DNA of 64,000 nucleotides from the NCBI GenBank assembly GCA_965153455.1, contig OZ234494.1, forward strand, positions 2,852,001 to 2,916,000. Reading direction: 5' to 3'. Source of the DNA: Sphagnum compactum. Taxonomy: Eukaryota. Below are positions 1 to 14,373 of this stretch, in pieces. The notes beneath the pieces are model-generated. The model worked only from the letters and a program-made list of their open reading frames with translations. It had not been told where the DNA came from and searched no databases. The first letter of the stretch is position 1; every line of letters begins with the position of its first letter. The position numbers were made by a program, and so were the translations under genes.

Positions 1-146
1 AACAAAGCATGACCAAATCCACAATGGGTATTACCACAATCCTCAGTGCCATCTGTAGTGTCATTTTTAGTGACAAAAAAAGAGATCAAGAACTCACAGT
101 GCACATAGAGCTTCTTTTATGGGAAGTTTGCAATAATTGATTTTAC

Positions 147-3100
147 CTGAAGCTGGCGATGCAAGTCCTGCGACTCCTGCAATGCGGCCTTTAACTCAAG
201 CTCCAGACTTTCACACCTGCTTGCTTCCAGCTTTGCCCTTTCTTCGCTCTGCACATCATGCTACCATCATGATGATCAGCTTCCAGATTTTCCGAACTCC
301 ACAGGGATACCAATACTGCTAATCCAACTTATAAACTGGATGTGATGTTTTTGCCAGACTGAGTTCTTTATGTTGATGGACAGGCGCAGCTCTATTTACC
401 TGCTGGAGTTCCAGCTTGAGGTCTGCAATAAGTTGAGCATTCTGCCTCTGTTCCTCTTCTACAGCAGCAACCTGAGCAGTCAAGTTCAGATCCACTTCCT
501 TTGCACATGCCTCTGATTTCAGTTCTTCAACTACACCTTGCAGCTCATCCACCTGCCTGCTCAATGAACCCATGCACATGACCCACAATTTAGTATTTGC
601 ACTGTGTAAGTGCCCATTATTTTCTTTCTTATCTTCAAAAGGAAACAGGAAGAAGAGTCGCAGAAAAGTCTGTACCTTTCCAATGCAACTTGGGACTGGA
701 GACATGACGTGAGCTTACTCTGACACTCATCCAGCTCGGAGCGGTATCTGTCGGCCTGCTCAAAAGTGAGAGAAAAAAAATTCTCTCAGAAAAATTCCAA
801 AATTTATACTATTATCGGTAGAATGACCCAATAGGCACAGGCTAAAGAATGTGTACCTCAATGCGTAGCAGCTCATTTTCATGAGCTTTTACACCAAGCT
901 CAGAAGTAGCCTCTGCCTTCTGTTCATTGACAACACCTTGCAGCTCATCGATTTGCCTGCTCACAATTGCACACAACTTACACACAAACTTAGCATATTA
1001 TTCACCAAAAGCATCTTTTCTTGGTGGTTTATTCAGCACCTAAAAGGAAAGTAAAAATCATACCTCTCAAGTGCTGATTGCGACTGAAGGCAAGAGGTGA
1101 GGTTATTGCGACACTCATCAAGCTCGGAACGGTAATTATCAGCCTGCATTTCAAAACACCAGAGAAAAATGTTAATACAAAGACAAATTCACAAATCACA
1201 AAGACAAAAACAAATCCAAAATACCATTCTTCTTCCCCTCCTTGCAGCAGCCCAGCTTCTGGATGGACTGATGATCCACAAAGTGTTACCTCGATGCGCA
1301 GCAACTCAATCTCACGAGCATTTGCAGCAATCTCTGGTGCCAGCAGCTTCTTCTGAATAAAACAGAGCACAACAAGGTCAGTGGGGTGCAGAGCTTCACC
1401 CAAAAATCATAAGTAGTTTCCACAGAGAAAAAGCCACATGGATGGGTTTGACAAAATTCTGATCATGGGTATTGGCAGTTAAGAAGAAAATCCCACACCT
1501 GTGGAGTCGTCAGGGGAACAAGACCTTGCTCTAGTGCAATTTTTCCTTCCAGCACATCCAACAACTGGAAGCAACCATACCCACAAAATAAAAAAAGATC
1601 TCAATACATGTAAGAACTACACATAATTTCTGTTTTCCTATGAACCTTGCTAGCAATCATCAGGTGTAGTGGCACCTCTGTCGAATCTCTTATCAACATG
1701 GATCCTTTTTGTTTTGTACCTTATCACGCAGGTTGACAATCTCCTGTGCCATAACATCACGATCGCCTTGTTGGAATTCCTTTAAGCTGCACACACATTT
1801 GCAGAGACAAAAATTCTCAATTTGTTACAACAGAAGCATCAGACAGATATGGATTTTCTACATCTCTCACAGTTTGGTTTTAGTATCTACAAAATATTCC
1901 AGGGGAATTCTAGAATGCTTTTTGTACGCTAGAAGATAAAATGAGGATAGAGAATCAACCTTTTGATATGATCCAAAAGGCGGATGTTTTCAGCAGCAAA
2001 CCGAGTGAGCTCAGGGTTGCGATCAATACGGGCACGCAATAGCTGAAGCTCCTCCACCAACACCCTTTTCTCTTCCATAAGATAGGACTCAATCGAGAGT
2101 GAGCCCTGTGAGAGAAACTCAAGTCTCTTAATTTTGTCCTCTCGGAACCTCAGGATCATCTTTCCACACTGTGATTCTTCCTCTCGCTGTTGAACCTGTA
2201 AGAAACACAGAAACAACCTCCTCCCCCTCCTTCAATCATCATCATGAGTTTCAAAGCTTCTCTCTTTCAGGAATCAAACTGATGGATCAACCCCTTTCTG
2301 TTTTCTGCAGGTTTTTGTGAAACAGAAGATCACACTCACCAAACGATTCAGCTGCTCAATCTCAGCAGCCAAGCGTTGGGTAGTGCCATAAGCTTCTTGT
2401 TCTCGTCTCAGAGCTCCAGCAACCAATGCCTCCATCGCTCTCATCTAAACCAAAAAACAGCCCCTGGGTACAATAGTAAATACTGATTCTTTCCAGGCAA
2501 GTGAGCAAGAAATCTCCACATTTGAACACATTCACCACAAATCTATATAATCATTCATGATCCAGAACAATTCATAAAGTGTGTTGAACTACCTCCTTTC
2601 TGCTTATGCTCGGGCTTCCCACAGCTCTGCTCAAGTCTTGTGAGCCATCAGCTGGCAAATCCGATGGTATACTCAAGAGATTCTGTCGTCGTACTCGATC
2701 CAACTCTTCCTGTGACAAGCATTATAATTAGCCCAAGGGCTTTCCAGTTAGTCAACCTCTCCCTTTGCAACAGAAACCACAGAATCCACATTACAACAAA
2801 GATTCTTATTCAAAAGCAGAGGAGCAAACCTTCATTTGTTGGATTTGGCGGTGTAAAGCTGTCACATCTCCAGAAGCATCTTCGTTCACAATTGCCTGGA
2901 AGCAGAAAACATTCAAAGCAGACGTGTGTGAGAGACCTGCAACAGCAGATGTTGCATGATAGTTGTTGCTCTGGAAATCACTCAGCTCAGCTCCAGAAAA
3001 TTGCTCACTCAAGGAAGGCAAAGAAACAAGGGTGAGGTGTATTACTGTGTTTTGAATAAGCTTGGCACGCTGTGCAAACTTCAGTGTACTCAGCGTCTCC

Positions 3101-6100
3101 AAGGCATTACTGTGATACCAAAACAACAAACACAAGTATTGTCAGCGATGCTGCTAAAAGATGCCTTCTTGTCAGAGAGAATCCACTACAAGTGTGCTCT
3201 TACAAGAGTCCTGGTAGTTGATGATCGAGGAAAAGAATGAGAGGAGGAGAAGGCACACACCAGCTTGCAGGGCTGACGGTAGCTATAATTGTTGTCTTGG
3301 AGTTGCCCCCAAGAGAATCCTGCACAGTAGGAGGATCTAGATTTCTATCAGCTGATTGCTTTGGCATAGGAGCATAACTGTCAGGTTCCTGACCTAATGG
3401 GTCAATGACCCATGGTGATGTGCAGGACCAAAACCTGAAGGGAAATCGAGAGGGCATTTACCTGTAAGAGAAACGTTAGCTTGGAGTCACGATAAGGAAC
3501 ATGCCGTTGCTTTCCATTTGCTACATCTACTAGGATCATGATGACTAGCCTGCAAAACACAAGAATTCAACAGTTTCTATTATCATGTTATATCATCTGT
3601 CTGTTGGGTTCTTTCTTGTTGCACATCTGTGGCTTCCTTCAATGACTTTAAGACCTCCACAAGAACAAAAAGATTAGAAAAACACACCCAAGTGTGGAGA
3701 GTGATTTATTGATGTTGGCAGCTTCTTTCAAACGTTCTCCCTCTGCACCTGACGACTTTTGCCTGATCCACATTCCGGATTTTCCATCAGTATATGCTCT
3801 TCATTCGCTATGAGAAGAATGTGCAACTCACTTTGGATTTTGATCCATGCCTCCGTTGAACCACCAATGGTACCAAAAGAGAGAACAACTTTCCTTGCAC
3901 CCGTGCACCACCCATGGTAACCAAAATAGTGAACTACTTTACATACCTTTCTGAACCAGCAAGATCAACAAGATTAAGATGGCCAAATCGGATATTGGTC
4001 ATTGAGTCTCGTTCCCACTGCAATAACAGAGCAACCAGTAATTAACAACATCGTCAAAGTTCATTTTAACAACTCCACAAAAGAGATCCAAGAGTGAGCG
4101 ATTGATTGCCTCATGGCAGAAATCTTCAAGTACTCATCATCAACATGTTGATAGATCAGGCAAACAGAAAATCTTCTGCAGAAATGAACAGGGTTGCACT
4201 GGATGGATGTTGCACCTTGCTCTTGACTATACATGTGAACACACTATGCGAGCGACTGCTCTCCCTGTTCATGTTGGTCGCTGCCACTTTCCTGTTTGCA
4301 GCTCCCTGCAGTGTTGCAATCAATAAAACATGAGCAAGCACTCCCACTATTTCTTTGAATCCATGCTCCTTGATTCCAAAAAACCAAATAGGAATCAAAA
4401 GGGTTCAAGGAAGGACTCATAAATCTGTGATTTGGACATCACCTGATTCAGTAGATGTATGACATCTTGCATGCCATGCACTTCGACTTCTGACAGATTC
4501 TCAACATACACTCCCTTTCTCACATCTTCTCGTAGCTGCAAATCAACATTTTTCATCATTATCAATCAGTCTCTGGATGATCAAACACCAAAACTGAAAA
4601 CAAACTAATATTCGCTGACAGAAACTGTCTCTGTGGCAGAGACTTTTTGTTCACTTTTTATTCACTAGGTCCCAATTGTTTTGAACATGAGCCACTCATA
4701 CAGGGGTGAATGTGGAGATCAGACAAAAGTCATGGTGGACATACATGTAAGTTGGTTGACGTTGGCTCAAGCAAATCAGTAATTTGCTCATTGTAGATCT
4801 CCAGAAACGAGCACCTGCACATAAACATTAAATTTTCGTCCTTGCGCAGCTCTTCTTCCTGCCAGAAGAATTCAAAGCAACACCTCAGGCACTTTCAAAA
4901 TGCCGATCACCTACAAACTTGACAAATCCTGATCACCCACAAGCTTGAAACAATCATAATCAAGCAACCCATGCCTCTTCCCTTTGTCCAATCAAGGAAT
5001 TTACAGAGCTTCATTTTAGGGTTCAGATCTCTTCTCTCTCCAGCTACAGACTTGACAAAATGCTCATCACTAACAAACTTGACAAATGCCACTCACCCAC
5101 AAGCTTGAAACAATTTTCACCAACAAACCCATGCCTCTACTCTTTGGCACATCAAGGAGTTTACAGAGCTTCAAAATGGGGTTCAGAAATTTCATTTTGG
5201 AAATGCTGACCTTGCGAATCCTTGCAAAGAGGTACTCAAACACTCGTGGAATCATGCCCCGATTCTCACTTGGCATTTTGTCGAGATTGTCAATATCTCC
5301 AAGCATTGTATGTGTTTTTCCACTACCAGTCTGAGAAAAACAACATACACATAACAAATATGCCCATAAAACCCAATTCCCAATCTTAATCCAGCATCAT
5401 CATCCGACAAAAGCTTTGGAAAACTACTACCAAGCTAAACCTCTTCCCAGCAATCCTTGTTTTACAGCTAAACAACAACAAAAACAAGATGATGATGATG
5501 ACAACTCCATTGCCAGTCAAAGATCTCAAAAACGTCTCATTATAGATTTCTAGTGTTCTATTTTCATTAACAAAAACTTCTTTGGGTCATCTTCCATCTC
5601 TAAGACAGAGATGGAGACCTGTTGCCAGAGATGAAAGGATTTTTTTATCAGTTGATGGATATTATTTAGATCAATTACTGCTGCTGACAAATGGACTGAT
5701 CAAAATCCACAATTTTCTTTCTTGTTTGTACCTACCTGGCCATAAGCAAACATACAGCTGTTGTAACCAGCCATGCAATTCTCCACCATTGGTAATCCTG
5801 CCACTTTGAAGAGCTTCTCCTGGAAAAACCCCGACAAACAAATCCAACAGTTTCCACCCCCCAAAAACCAACAAAAAAGACTATCAGTCAAGAGCAAGAG
5901 AGTTGAGAAAGAGAGAGATTGTTGCACTGTACTTCACACACACACACACACAGAAATGCTTACGTCACCACTACAGAGAATTATACAGCTTTGAAAAATG
6001 CACACACACCCATTGGAGATTTGGGTCTTTGAGAGATGCCAATCAGTGCAAGAACATACACCACCCTAGGGCCAACACCAGGTAAGGGTTTGGGTCTTCA

Positions 6101-7355
6101 AAGATTCTTCTTACCTGTGTGACAGAATCACCCGCTACATGGTCAAAAGTGAATCTGGATTCAGGCGGACCAATCCAGGTGATGGTGTTTGCACTCTCTT
6201 GCTTCAAGCATCTGATGCTGCTGCTGCTGCTGCCAAATCCAGATTGTGTTGTTGCTGTTGCCATTTCAGAGGTGTTCATGGGCCGAGTCCGGATCAACAC
6301 CTGCAAACACAATTTATTTTCCCCACTCAAACATCAGCCAAGCTCAAGAACAAGAAGAAGAAACCAATTGCATGCAACACAAGATCAGTCATCTCTCTCC
6401 CAGCAGCAGCAGCAACAAGCTTGGGAGAACTCTTATTCTTCTTCCTCTTCTACTCTTCTGAAGAAGCTGGCTTGTACACTTGATACAAGTGTGGGTCAAG
6501 AAGAACTATGACCTAGGATGATGGGATGCATCAAGGAGATGGTCGCTTGCTTGCCTGGACATTGTGTTCGTCCCAGAACAAAGGATCTTCTTGGAGTTCG
6601 AACTGTTGTTGTTGTTGCTGCTGCTGAGTGACGCCTTGAGGTACCACCGCGGAGAGAGTTCTTGCAAAAACTCCGGATCCAGCGGTAGCAGTAGGGAGTC
6701 GATTGCCGATCTGACCCACTCCGGAAGCGGCAGCGGCAGCGGCAGCCGCAGTACCAGGCCCGCTCGTCATCGCTCCATACTTCAAAGACCTCGAAACCCT
6801 GGAAGGCGTTGTTGTTGTTGTTGGTGTGAAAATGCTGGTAGTCTGGCTTGGAGCACGCGCAGCAGCATCCAGTTGCGGCGGCGCAAGCGAGGGAGACTTT
6901 TTCGACAAGCTCCCGATCATCGCTTGCTTGCTCTTCCCTGGAGTGGAGGAGGAAGCGCATTGCACACTCCTTTCCGGAGTACCCACCAAAGCAGCAACGG
7001 AACACTCGCTATTAAGAGACTCTGAACAAAACAAGCTCTTCTTCACTCCAGCTATCGACATCGCTCCCGCTGCTGATGATAGTCCCAAGTCGCCGCTACA
7101 AACAACAACGGGAGCAGAAGCTCCCCCTCCTCGCAAACTGCTACTGTTTTCAGGAATCGGAGTGAGCACCTTCCGTTGTGGAGTCACCGTCGTCGTCGTC
7201 GAAGACGACAACACTTCTCCCACTTTACTGCTACTGTTGTTGCCACTACTACTACAATAGCTTCTTCCATGAGCTTCCGCATTCTCTTGCACATTCCTCT
7301 TGATAGGTGAATTGCGCATCAACAGACGCAGCGGCGACGACTCTCCTTTCCCCAT
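147..7355 (-). CDS. KIN12: Kinesin-12 family motor (POK/KIN12-like), multi-exon; 3' end continues beyond the left edge of the window
   Basis: ATG at 7355. Motifs across spliced exons: [44 protein letters not shown] (P-loop), [28 protein letters not shown] (switch I), [11 protein letters not shown] (switch II), [36 protein letters not shown], then the KIN12 neck/coil ([26 protein letters not shown]). Exons read: 7355-6555, 6300-6115, 5819-5736, 5330-5211, 4858-4745, 4535-4443, 4305-4216, 4017-3947, 3762-3688, 3549-3462, 3319-3261, 3108-3046, 2895-2830, 2709-2593, 2444-2340, 2195-1960, 1786-1720, 1564-1499, 1352-1290, 1143-1064, 956-857, 755-676, 556-399, 248-147. Confidence 0.93.
4913..5190. 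repeat. Intronic tandem duplication, two diverged copies, period ~160 bp
   Basis: acaaacttgacaaat...cacccacaagcttgaaacaat...cccatgcctct...tttacagagcttca...gggttcaga occurs at ~4913 and ~5073. Confidence 0.85.
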
Positions 7356-7389
7356 CCCCAGTTCTCGTAGAACTCCCACCCACCCAAAC

Positions 7390-7391
<2 letters not shown>

Positions 7392-7437
<46 letters not shown>
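7392..7437. repeat. (CT)n microsatellite in the kinesin 5' leader
   Basis: Perfect CT run seen directly. Confidence 0.95.
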
Positions 7438-7438
<1 letters not shown>

Positions 7439-7837
7439 GGTTGTGGTTCCCAAAGAGGGTGTCGAAGCTCCACAGCTTGCAGAAGAACAACAAGAAGTGG
7501 TTTCGTTCTTCATTGCTGCCGCGGTTTCTCGGGGCTCATCTCTCTTCTCTCGACCTCCTCAGGACTGAAGTGCGACAAGGAGAAGAAGAAGGAGGAGGAG
7601 GAGGTGCAAAGAGGGAAACCCGAAGGGTAATGCACAAAGTAAGCTCCTGATCCACTTGCTACAACATGCATTTGACGAGGACCCATTTGTCGATTCGATC
7701 GCAAGAGGGAGAAACAGAGCAGAGCGGCTGCTCCGGACAAGGTGATGGCCGTTGCGAAGATTACGACAAAAGTTTGAATCCCCGCTGCTGCCGCTGCTGC
7801 CTGCGACAGCGTTCCCCGTCTCTCTCTCCACGCTCTT

Positions 7838-7945
7838 CGGACGGACGGACGGACGGACGAGCAGACGGACGAACCGACGAACCAACGAACGGACGGACGA
7901 CCCGACGAAAGGATCAACGAACGGACGGACGAACAAACGGACGTC
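7838..7945. repeat. (GGAC/GAAC)n degenerate tetranucleotide repeat upstream of the kinesin
   Basis: ggacggacggacggacggacga...gaacggacggacga seen directly. Confidence 0.85.
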
Positions 7946-8039
7946 CGCACCATACTTATACGTATACGTATATGTATATTTACATGCATACTTTCAACTT
8001 GAATACATGAGAAAATTTACTGATTTTTCAGTTTTTTAA

Positions 8040-8210
8040 TTGCCAATTTACTTTTTAATTGCCAAATTATATCCTAAGTTTTAACATGTACCAAAAAGTA
8101 TAGAAAGATGTTCGTTTTTTTTTTAATTTTATTTGCCAATTTACTTTTTAATTGCCAAATTATATCCTAAGTTTTAACATGTAGCCAAAAAGTATAAAAA
8201 GACGTTAGTT
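8040..8210. repeat. Direct duplication of a ~75-bp AT-rich unit
   Basis: ttgccaatttactttttaattgccaaattatatcctaagttttaacatgt...aaaaagtata occurs at ~8040 and ~8132. Confidence 0.85.
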
Positions 8211-11200
8211 TTTAATTTTTTTAATTTTATTTTCCTTTTATATCTTTCATATAGCCAAAAATCTTGTCTTATGAATGATCATCGCTTTTTTAATAACATC
8301 ACAAACTTGGGGGAGAAAAACATAACATTGATTATATATATTTATTTATATAACAACATTTTTTTTTTAAATAATTAATCATTATCATTTGAAAAAAAAA
8401 TTGTTTGTTTTGTTGTTAATCTAATGAATGGCCATTTTTCCATATGTATATATTTAAGGCAAATATTTATAGCACTATTCGAAACATGAAATATAAAAAC
8501 TTTATGCATTCATTCATATTGTAGGCAATTGTGGCAATTATTGTGTGGAAAATTTGAAAAAAAAAAAGTCATGAATTGTTTTTCCAATAAAACAAGGAAT
8601 TCACGAGAGAATTTATAGTTCAATTTTTTAATTTGCAAAATGGTTTACATTTTTAGTGCAATTTTTTAATTTGTGTTTTTTAATTACACATACACACTTA
8701 ATTATATCACATATGAAGTTGCCTATTTGCAATATTTGACCTATTGGGTATCACTTTACATCCATCATTTGTTCAACACATGGATGTCAATCAATTTTCA
8801 TCCATCACAAAATGTATTTTCCACGTGGATGAAAATTTTGACTTATTCAAATTTCAAATCCAAAATATTAATTCAAAATATATTTTTTAATTAATTAATT
8901 TTACATCATCCATTTCAAATGAAACTCAAAAGAGAATCATATCTTAAAAGGGAAGCTATTTACAAACAAAATTAAGTACAACAAATTTCTTACATAATCA
9001 TACAAGATGAGTTCTTACCAAAATATTCATACGAATTTTCATTGCATGAAATTATTATAATTTTGCTCATTGTAGTGATAATCAAAGTTCAAAAACTCTT
9101 CAATCCTACATCATCATTGTAAAGATATCAAATTAATAAAATGTTAAATAGAACAACATTCATGTCATATTTGTTAAGCATATTCAAGTTCTTATATGTC
9201 CTGTTGTCAATGCCATTAATTATTATTGAATATATAAGAGCCATTCTTGTAATGTAGGTAAGATGTCCACATTTATTTATATTGTTTTTTCAATAGAATT
9301 TCACTAAATTAAGTCATTTTGCATCCAAAATCTTGCATGTTTCCTTTACCAATATTGATCCATTTTTTGAACCAAAAAACCATTTCTTAACTTGTTTTTA
9401 GTGGCTAAAAACAAGTGTCTATCTTGAACAACAAGTAGTACATGTGAAATCAATTTCAAGAATGTTCAAAATACATCAAGGTTGTATTAATTAATACACA
9501 ATTGGACACATTTGGTACACCTAAAAATCGTTTGATCTACGAACTTTGTAAATTCTTGAAAATGGTTTCATCACATTTTAAGAATCCCCCTTTTCTCATT
9601 GAAAATATCAAATGAACTCACCAAAGCAAGCAATATTCTCTCTAATGAAAAAAAACATGATAAAATGAAAAGTGATTTTGAACTCCCTATGGATAATTGA
9701 CTTAGTTTTATGATTTTTTTTCTTTTTTTCTCATATGTAATCCTTTTTCCACTTTTCTACACAAAATATTAGCTTCAAAATCACAACTATGTTCAAAACC
9801 ATACTAATTGAATTATTCAACGTGATGGATGAATAAATAATTTTTAATGTTTCAATTGAACCTTCGTCACACATGTAAAACAAATCCAATTCTCTTAAAC
9901 TTGGACTAATGTTTATGTTCATTAACATGTACGAATTTATTAATGAACAGGTATGATAACTTTATGCATCTTGCCTATACACTTACACCACAAAAAACTT
10001 ACACAACAAAAACATTAAAAAGAAATTTTTCAATCTTCCTAAAATTCAAATTCATCATGTGTCTGTCTTCATGCATCAAATATATCACATGGCACCATGT
10101 TTCATTTTGCTTGCTAAAGTCAGAGCGCAAGACTAGATGGACACGAAGCTGGTATAGAAAAACCTTCTGTATAAAGTTTAAAGTTTAGATTTGTAGACGA
10201 TTGAACCAATTGATTTCATTTTAGATCTTTCATCCATCAACTAAAATTTAAGCTTGTGAAGTATATAATTTCAATCAAAGCTTTTGCCTCCATTGCACAC
10301 ATCAATGTGTATATACATCATTATAATTCCCCACTTTTGATCTCATTGATCCATAATGATGGTAAGAATATTGCATTTTTCTTCAACATTGATAAGAACA
10401 TTTTTTCACATTAATACCATGAATGGCAACAACAAATTCCACAGGGGTCTACAATTGTAATACTTTCAAAAATATGACATTTGTAAATAGCATTCCACTC
10501 CAATTTCACCACCCAAAATAGGAATATAATTCTCTACTACATGACTAAAATTTAAATGCAATCAATTTGTTACATCTTGAGAAATGTCAAATGTGTCAAT
10601 AACCATGTTACATGATAATGACAAATATAACAATGAAAATAAAACTTATGCACAAAGTTCCTCTAATATTTTCATAATTACTTTTTCTTTGAATATGGCT
10701 TTTCATTGTAAATGGCATTAGGAAATAAACATTTGTCCAATTGTACAAACTCCTTCAACAATTATATTTCCTATCAAAAAAATTATAAAATGGGTGCATT
10801 TTTTACTATTCAAAACCAAAAAAGTCACAAAGACAAAGTCCTTATAAAAAAATGGATTACTTAATCAAGTTGGCCATTTGAAAATATTATTCTTGTAATC
10901 ATGATTTACAAGTTACAAAAAGAATAATTAGTTTGTGTGAATCCAAACAATGTTGCATTCTATTAACATTGGTAGGTGGTGAAATGGAACTATTGTTGTT
11001 GAAATTGCCTAAATGTTTGCCATCCACTTGGTCCATCTTGCATTCTTACCCAAACTTGCAACTCTAAATACAAAGCCATTATGTGTAATTTTGATGGCAA
11101 TATCACCAATTTGTGCCCTTGTCGAATTAATCTTAGCACTTGTTGGTCATGAATTGTTTAAATCTTAGTAATAAATTGCTCATCAATAGAATTGAACATA

Positions 11201-11899
11201 AATGCTACAATTGTAGTTCTATTATATAACACTTGACTATATCCCACCTACATGAACCTAACTTTAGATCAACTTTCAATCGAGTTCAACAAGCGTCTTC
11301 ATGACATCATTTCTCACCCAAATCCATCCTCAACAAAAATTGGACTCCTTCACCAAGAAAACCAAGATCTTGTACAAGAAAAGTATTAACAACCCATCCC
11401 TCGAATATCAATTGAATAATTCCCCATTTAAGCCTATTCCCATATCAAGATTAACTACAATACTTATTTCAGAACACCCACAAGGGTACTCATTCCATCC
11501 CATCCCATAATTCTTTCCCTAAACAATCTTTATTTCAAGCATTATATACCATAATACCTTTTTAGGTTCGGCATTGAGGTGCCAAATAATTAATTTAATT
11601 TTCAATTCTTGATTCGATGGTTAAAATTTGAATTATGAAAAATTCGACACTCTATATTAAATTTATTTTAACCAATTGTCTATAGAAAAGAACATTTATT
11701 TTTTTTGTGGTTAGGTGGTCAGTAAGTTACTGTTGTAAACCATTCAAAGAGGAGGTTCAAGGATCAAACTTGGTTGGCTACATTAATTTTTTAAATTTTT
11801 GTCATAACTAACTATTAATGTCCAAAAAATTCAACAAATTGAAAAATAATTTAATTTATGTTGAACCTAAAAATGTACTACAATATTACTATTGAGATG

Positions 11900-13800
11900 A
11901 TGTCAATCAAAGGCAATTCAAGAATTCCTTTTGTTCTTCATCATATTCACCAACAACCCATACTTAACATCTTATATTAAACCCCAAATCTCCAAAAAAC
12001 TTGAAACTTGGAATCCAAATTGTGCACATAGATCATTCTTCTCCAAGTGCATCCAACATACAAACAATTCTTCTTGAGTACCTACAACAATGTTAATTGA
12101 AGTACTCAATTTTTACCAAATGAAAACAAAAGAGATGTTCCACTTGTGAACTATCATGTTTCTTATAGTAAGACTTCCATGTCACCACAAAATTATTCAA
12201 AACAATTGGATCCATAACTCCTTAATCCACCATGAAGAATAAGAAACAAAAATGATAAATTTGCAAGCTCACAATTTAAAACATAGAAACCAAGCACCCA
12301 CATTTTTTCTTTCTTCATGAATGAAAACATGATCAATGTGACTGTGAATGATTGTAGTGATCCATCCAACGCTAGATTAAGGCATTATTTTTTCTTTTTC
12401 TTTTTGTCTTAGGGGTTCCTTTTAGATCAAAATAGATCTTGATTTACAAGTTGCTATGATGCCACTTTATTGATGTTGTTTTTTCTTCTCAATTATTGTC
12501 TACATTTCTTAAATTTGGAAGTATGCATGCATCTCCTGGTTTGGTTTTACATAACATGGTGCCATCAATGACGATGGTCAATATCGTGATCAATGGGGAT
12601 GTGTCAAGCCGGGCTTTTAATTTATTTACATTCACATTTTCAAAATCATTGTCACCTAATGTCAACAATAGTCTCATTTCATTAAATTAAAATTTTTTGT
12701 GCTTCAAAAGGGCCCTTTCATTGGCACTTACATGTTATATTCATAACATTCAACATTCAAAGAATATATATATTCATCATTTTAATATTACCCAAAATAA
12801 TTGAATATTTTGATATTATTGGAATGTTGCCATCATTTTTCATCCAAATGAGCACAATCTTATATTCACAATCCAATTACCTTTTGAATTTCATCATCAA
12901 ATACATTTCAATTTTTTTGTGAATTTGCTAACCGCATAGTTTAAATGTGTTATATACCAATTCATAGTCAAATTTCTTCTTAAGTTTCTTAGATCATCAT
13001 CTCCCAAATTCAACTTCATCAATTGTGTTTTAGATGTTGTATTTTAACAAACGATATTTTTGTTTAAATGATGATGGTGATTTTAGTTGCCTCCTTAAAA
13101 TTTAACATTTTTCTTGGTTTATATTGATAAAAGTATTCAACATAATCAAATATCTTTTCTAGTTTAAGCAATACACAATACACATATAGTCAAAATGATA
13201 ATGCTTCTAATGCAACTTCACCTATAGGCCCAAATTCTAACGATAGACTAAATATGACCTTTTTCATCTTGATTTCAAAAAACAATTCTACAATTATGCC
13301 CATCATTTAAACATTTGAATTGATGCAATGGATTCACATTCACACACTTAATTATGGTCAACATTATTATTTTCTCTTCAAATTTATAATAATAAAAGTG
13401 TTAACATCCAAATCATGAAGTGCCTTCACTTGTTTCAATCATCTCCTAAATAACATCAAATAAGTTTCAACTTCATTCTCCATATTCAATATTGTCGTTA
13501 CTATTTTATAAGCAAGACTTACCAATTCGATTTTGAAGGTCATGATCAAACCAAGTGGTTATGCACCCCTTTTTTGGTTAATCAAAACATCATGAAAGGA
13601 GTTGGTTGAACTTCTTAAATCCAAGTTTCCCAATCCATACGTTGTACTACTAACAATACCTCATGAAAGCTGTCACTTCAAACTACAATTGTTCAACACA
13701 TATATATGTTATTTTATATTCTAACAAATTTAGTAGAGATTTTTTTCTATCATCTCTTTCAATTGTGAATAAATCTTCAACAATTTTATAACATAGTCTA
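11900..13800 (-). mobile_element. Highly degenerate LTR-retrotransposon (Gypsy-like pol) remnant
   Basis: Minus-strand peptide remnants resemble a Gypsy integrase C-terminus (..KGPFE...RLLLTLGDNDFENVNVNKLK at ~12560-12720) and the pre-RT segment (KLNLGDDD at ~13000). Many stops and frameshifts; boundaries approximate. Confidence 0.4.
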
Positions 13801-14373
13801 GGATACAAGTAGAGAGTCTCCAACATGATTGATAAGTGAATAAAATTTCTTTGACTTTATAACATGGTATACGCCTTCTATAAGAATTCCCTTTCTTCCA
13901 ATTTGCGCTGTTACAATGACAAACTCAAAATTAGAAGTCAAAGAAGACAAGTTCTGTAGGACATCTTTGTGCCCAAGATCTAAAGATTACCCTGCTGCAC
14001 CCATCATTCAACCTCGTCAGGGTAATGAATGATCACAAGTAGAAGAACTACAGGTTCTACTTATGCAAATCCCAGTTGTTTCACTAGGATAATAGAGCAT
14101 GAAACACACTCTAAAGAAATTGACTTTCCCATTCAGTACTTGTGAACACATTTCCCCATTCAGGGTGTGCGGGAAGCTGTGGCTAGAGGGTCAACAAAAG
14201 ATCGAATTGTGCACTCAAATACAAATTCCAACTCAAGCTACAAACAAAGCTGGAGACTTGCTTGCAGTGGATTCCATCATCCCCACCTATATGCACATGT
14301 ACATTTAGAGATTTCTAAAGACTTAAAATGCAAGCGACTGTGTGTCAACTAACAAAAATTGTGAGTCATTTTT

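Noticed and set aside
6564-8039. Multiple overlapping + and - ORFs around kinesin exon 1
   Set aside because: Shadow frames of a GC-rich low-complexity exon and microsatellites; no independent coding signal.
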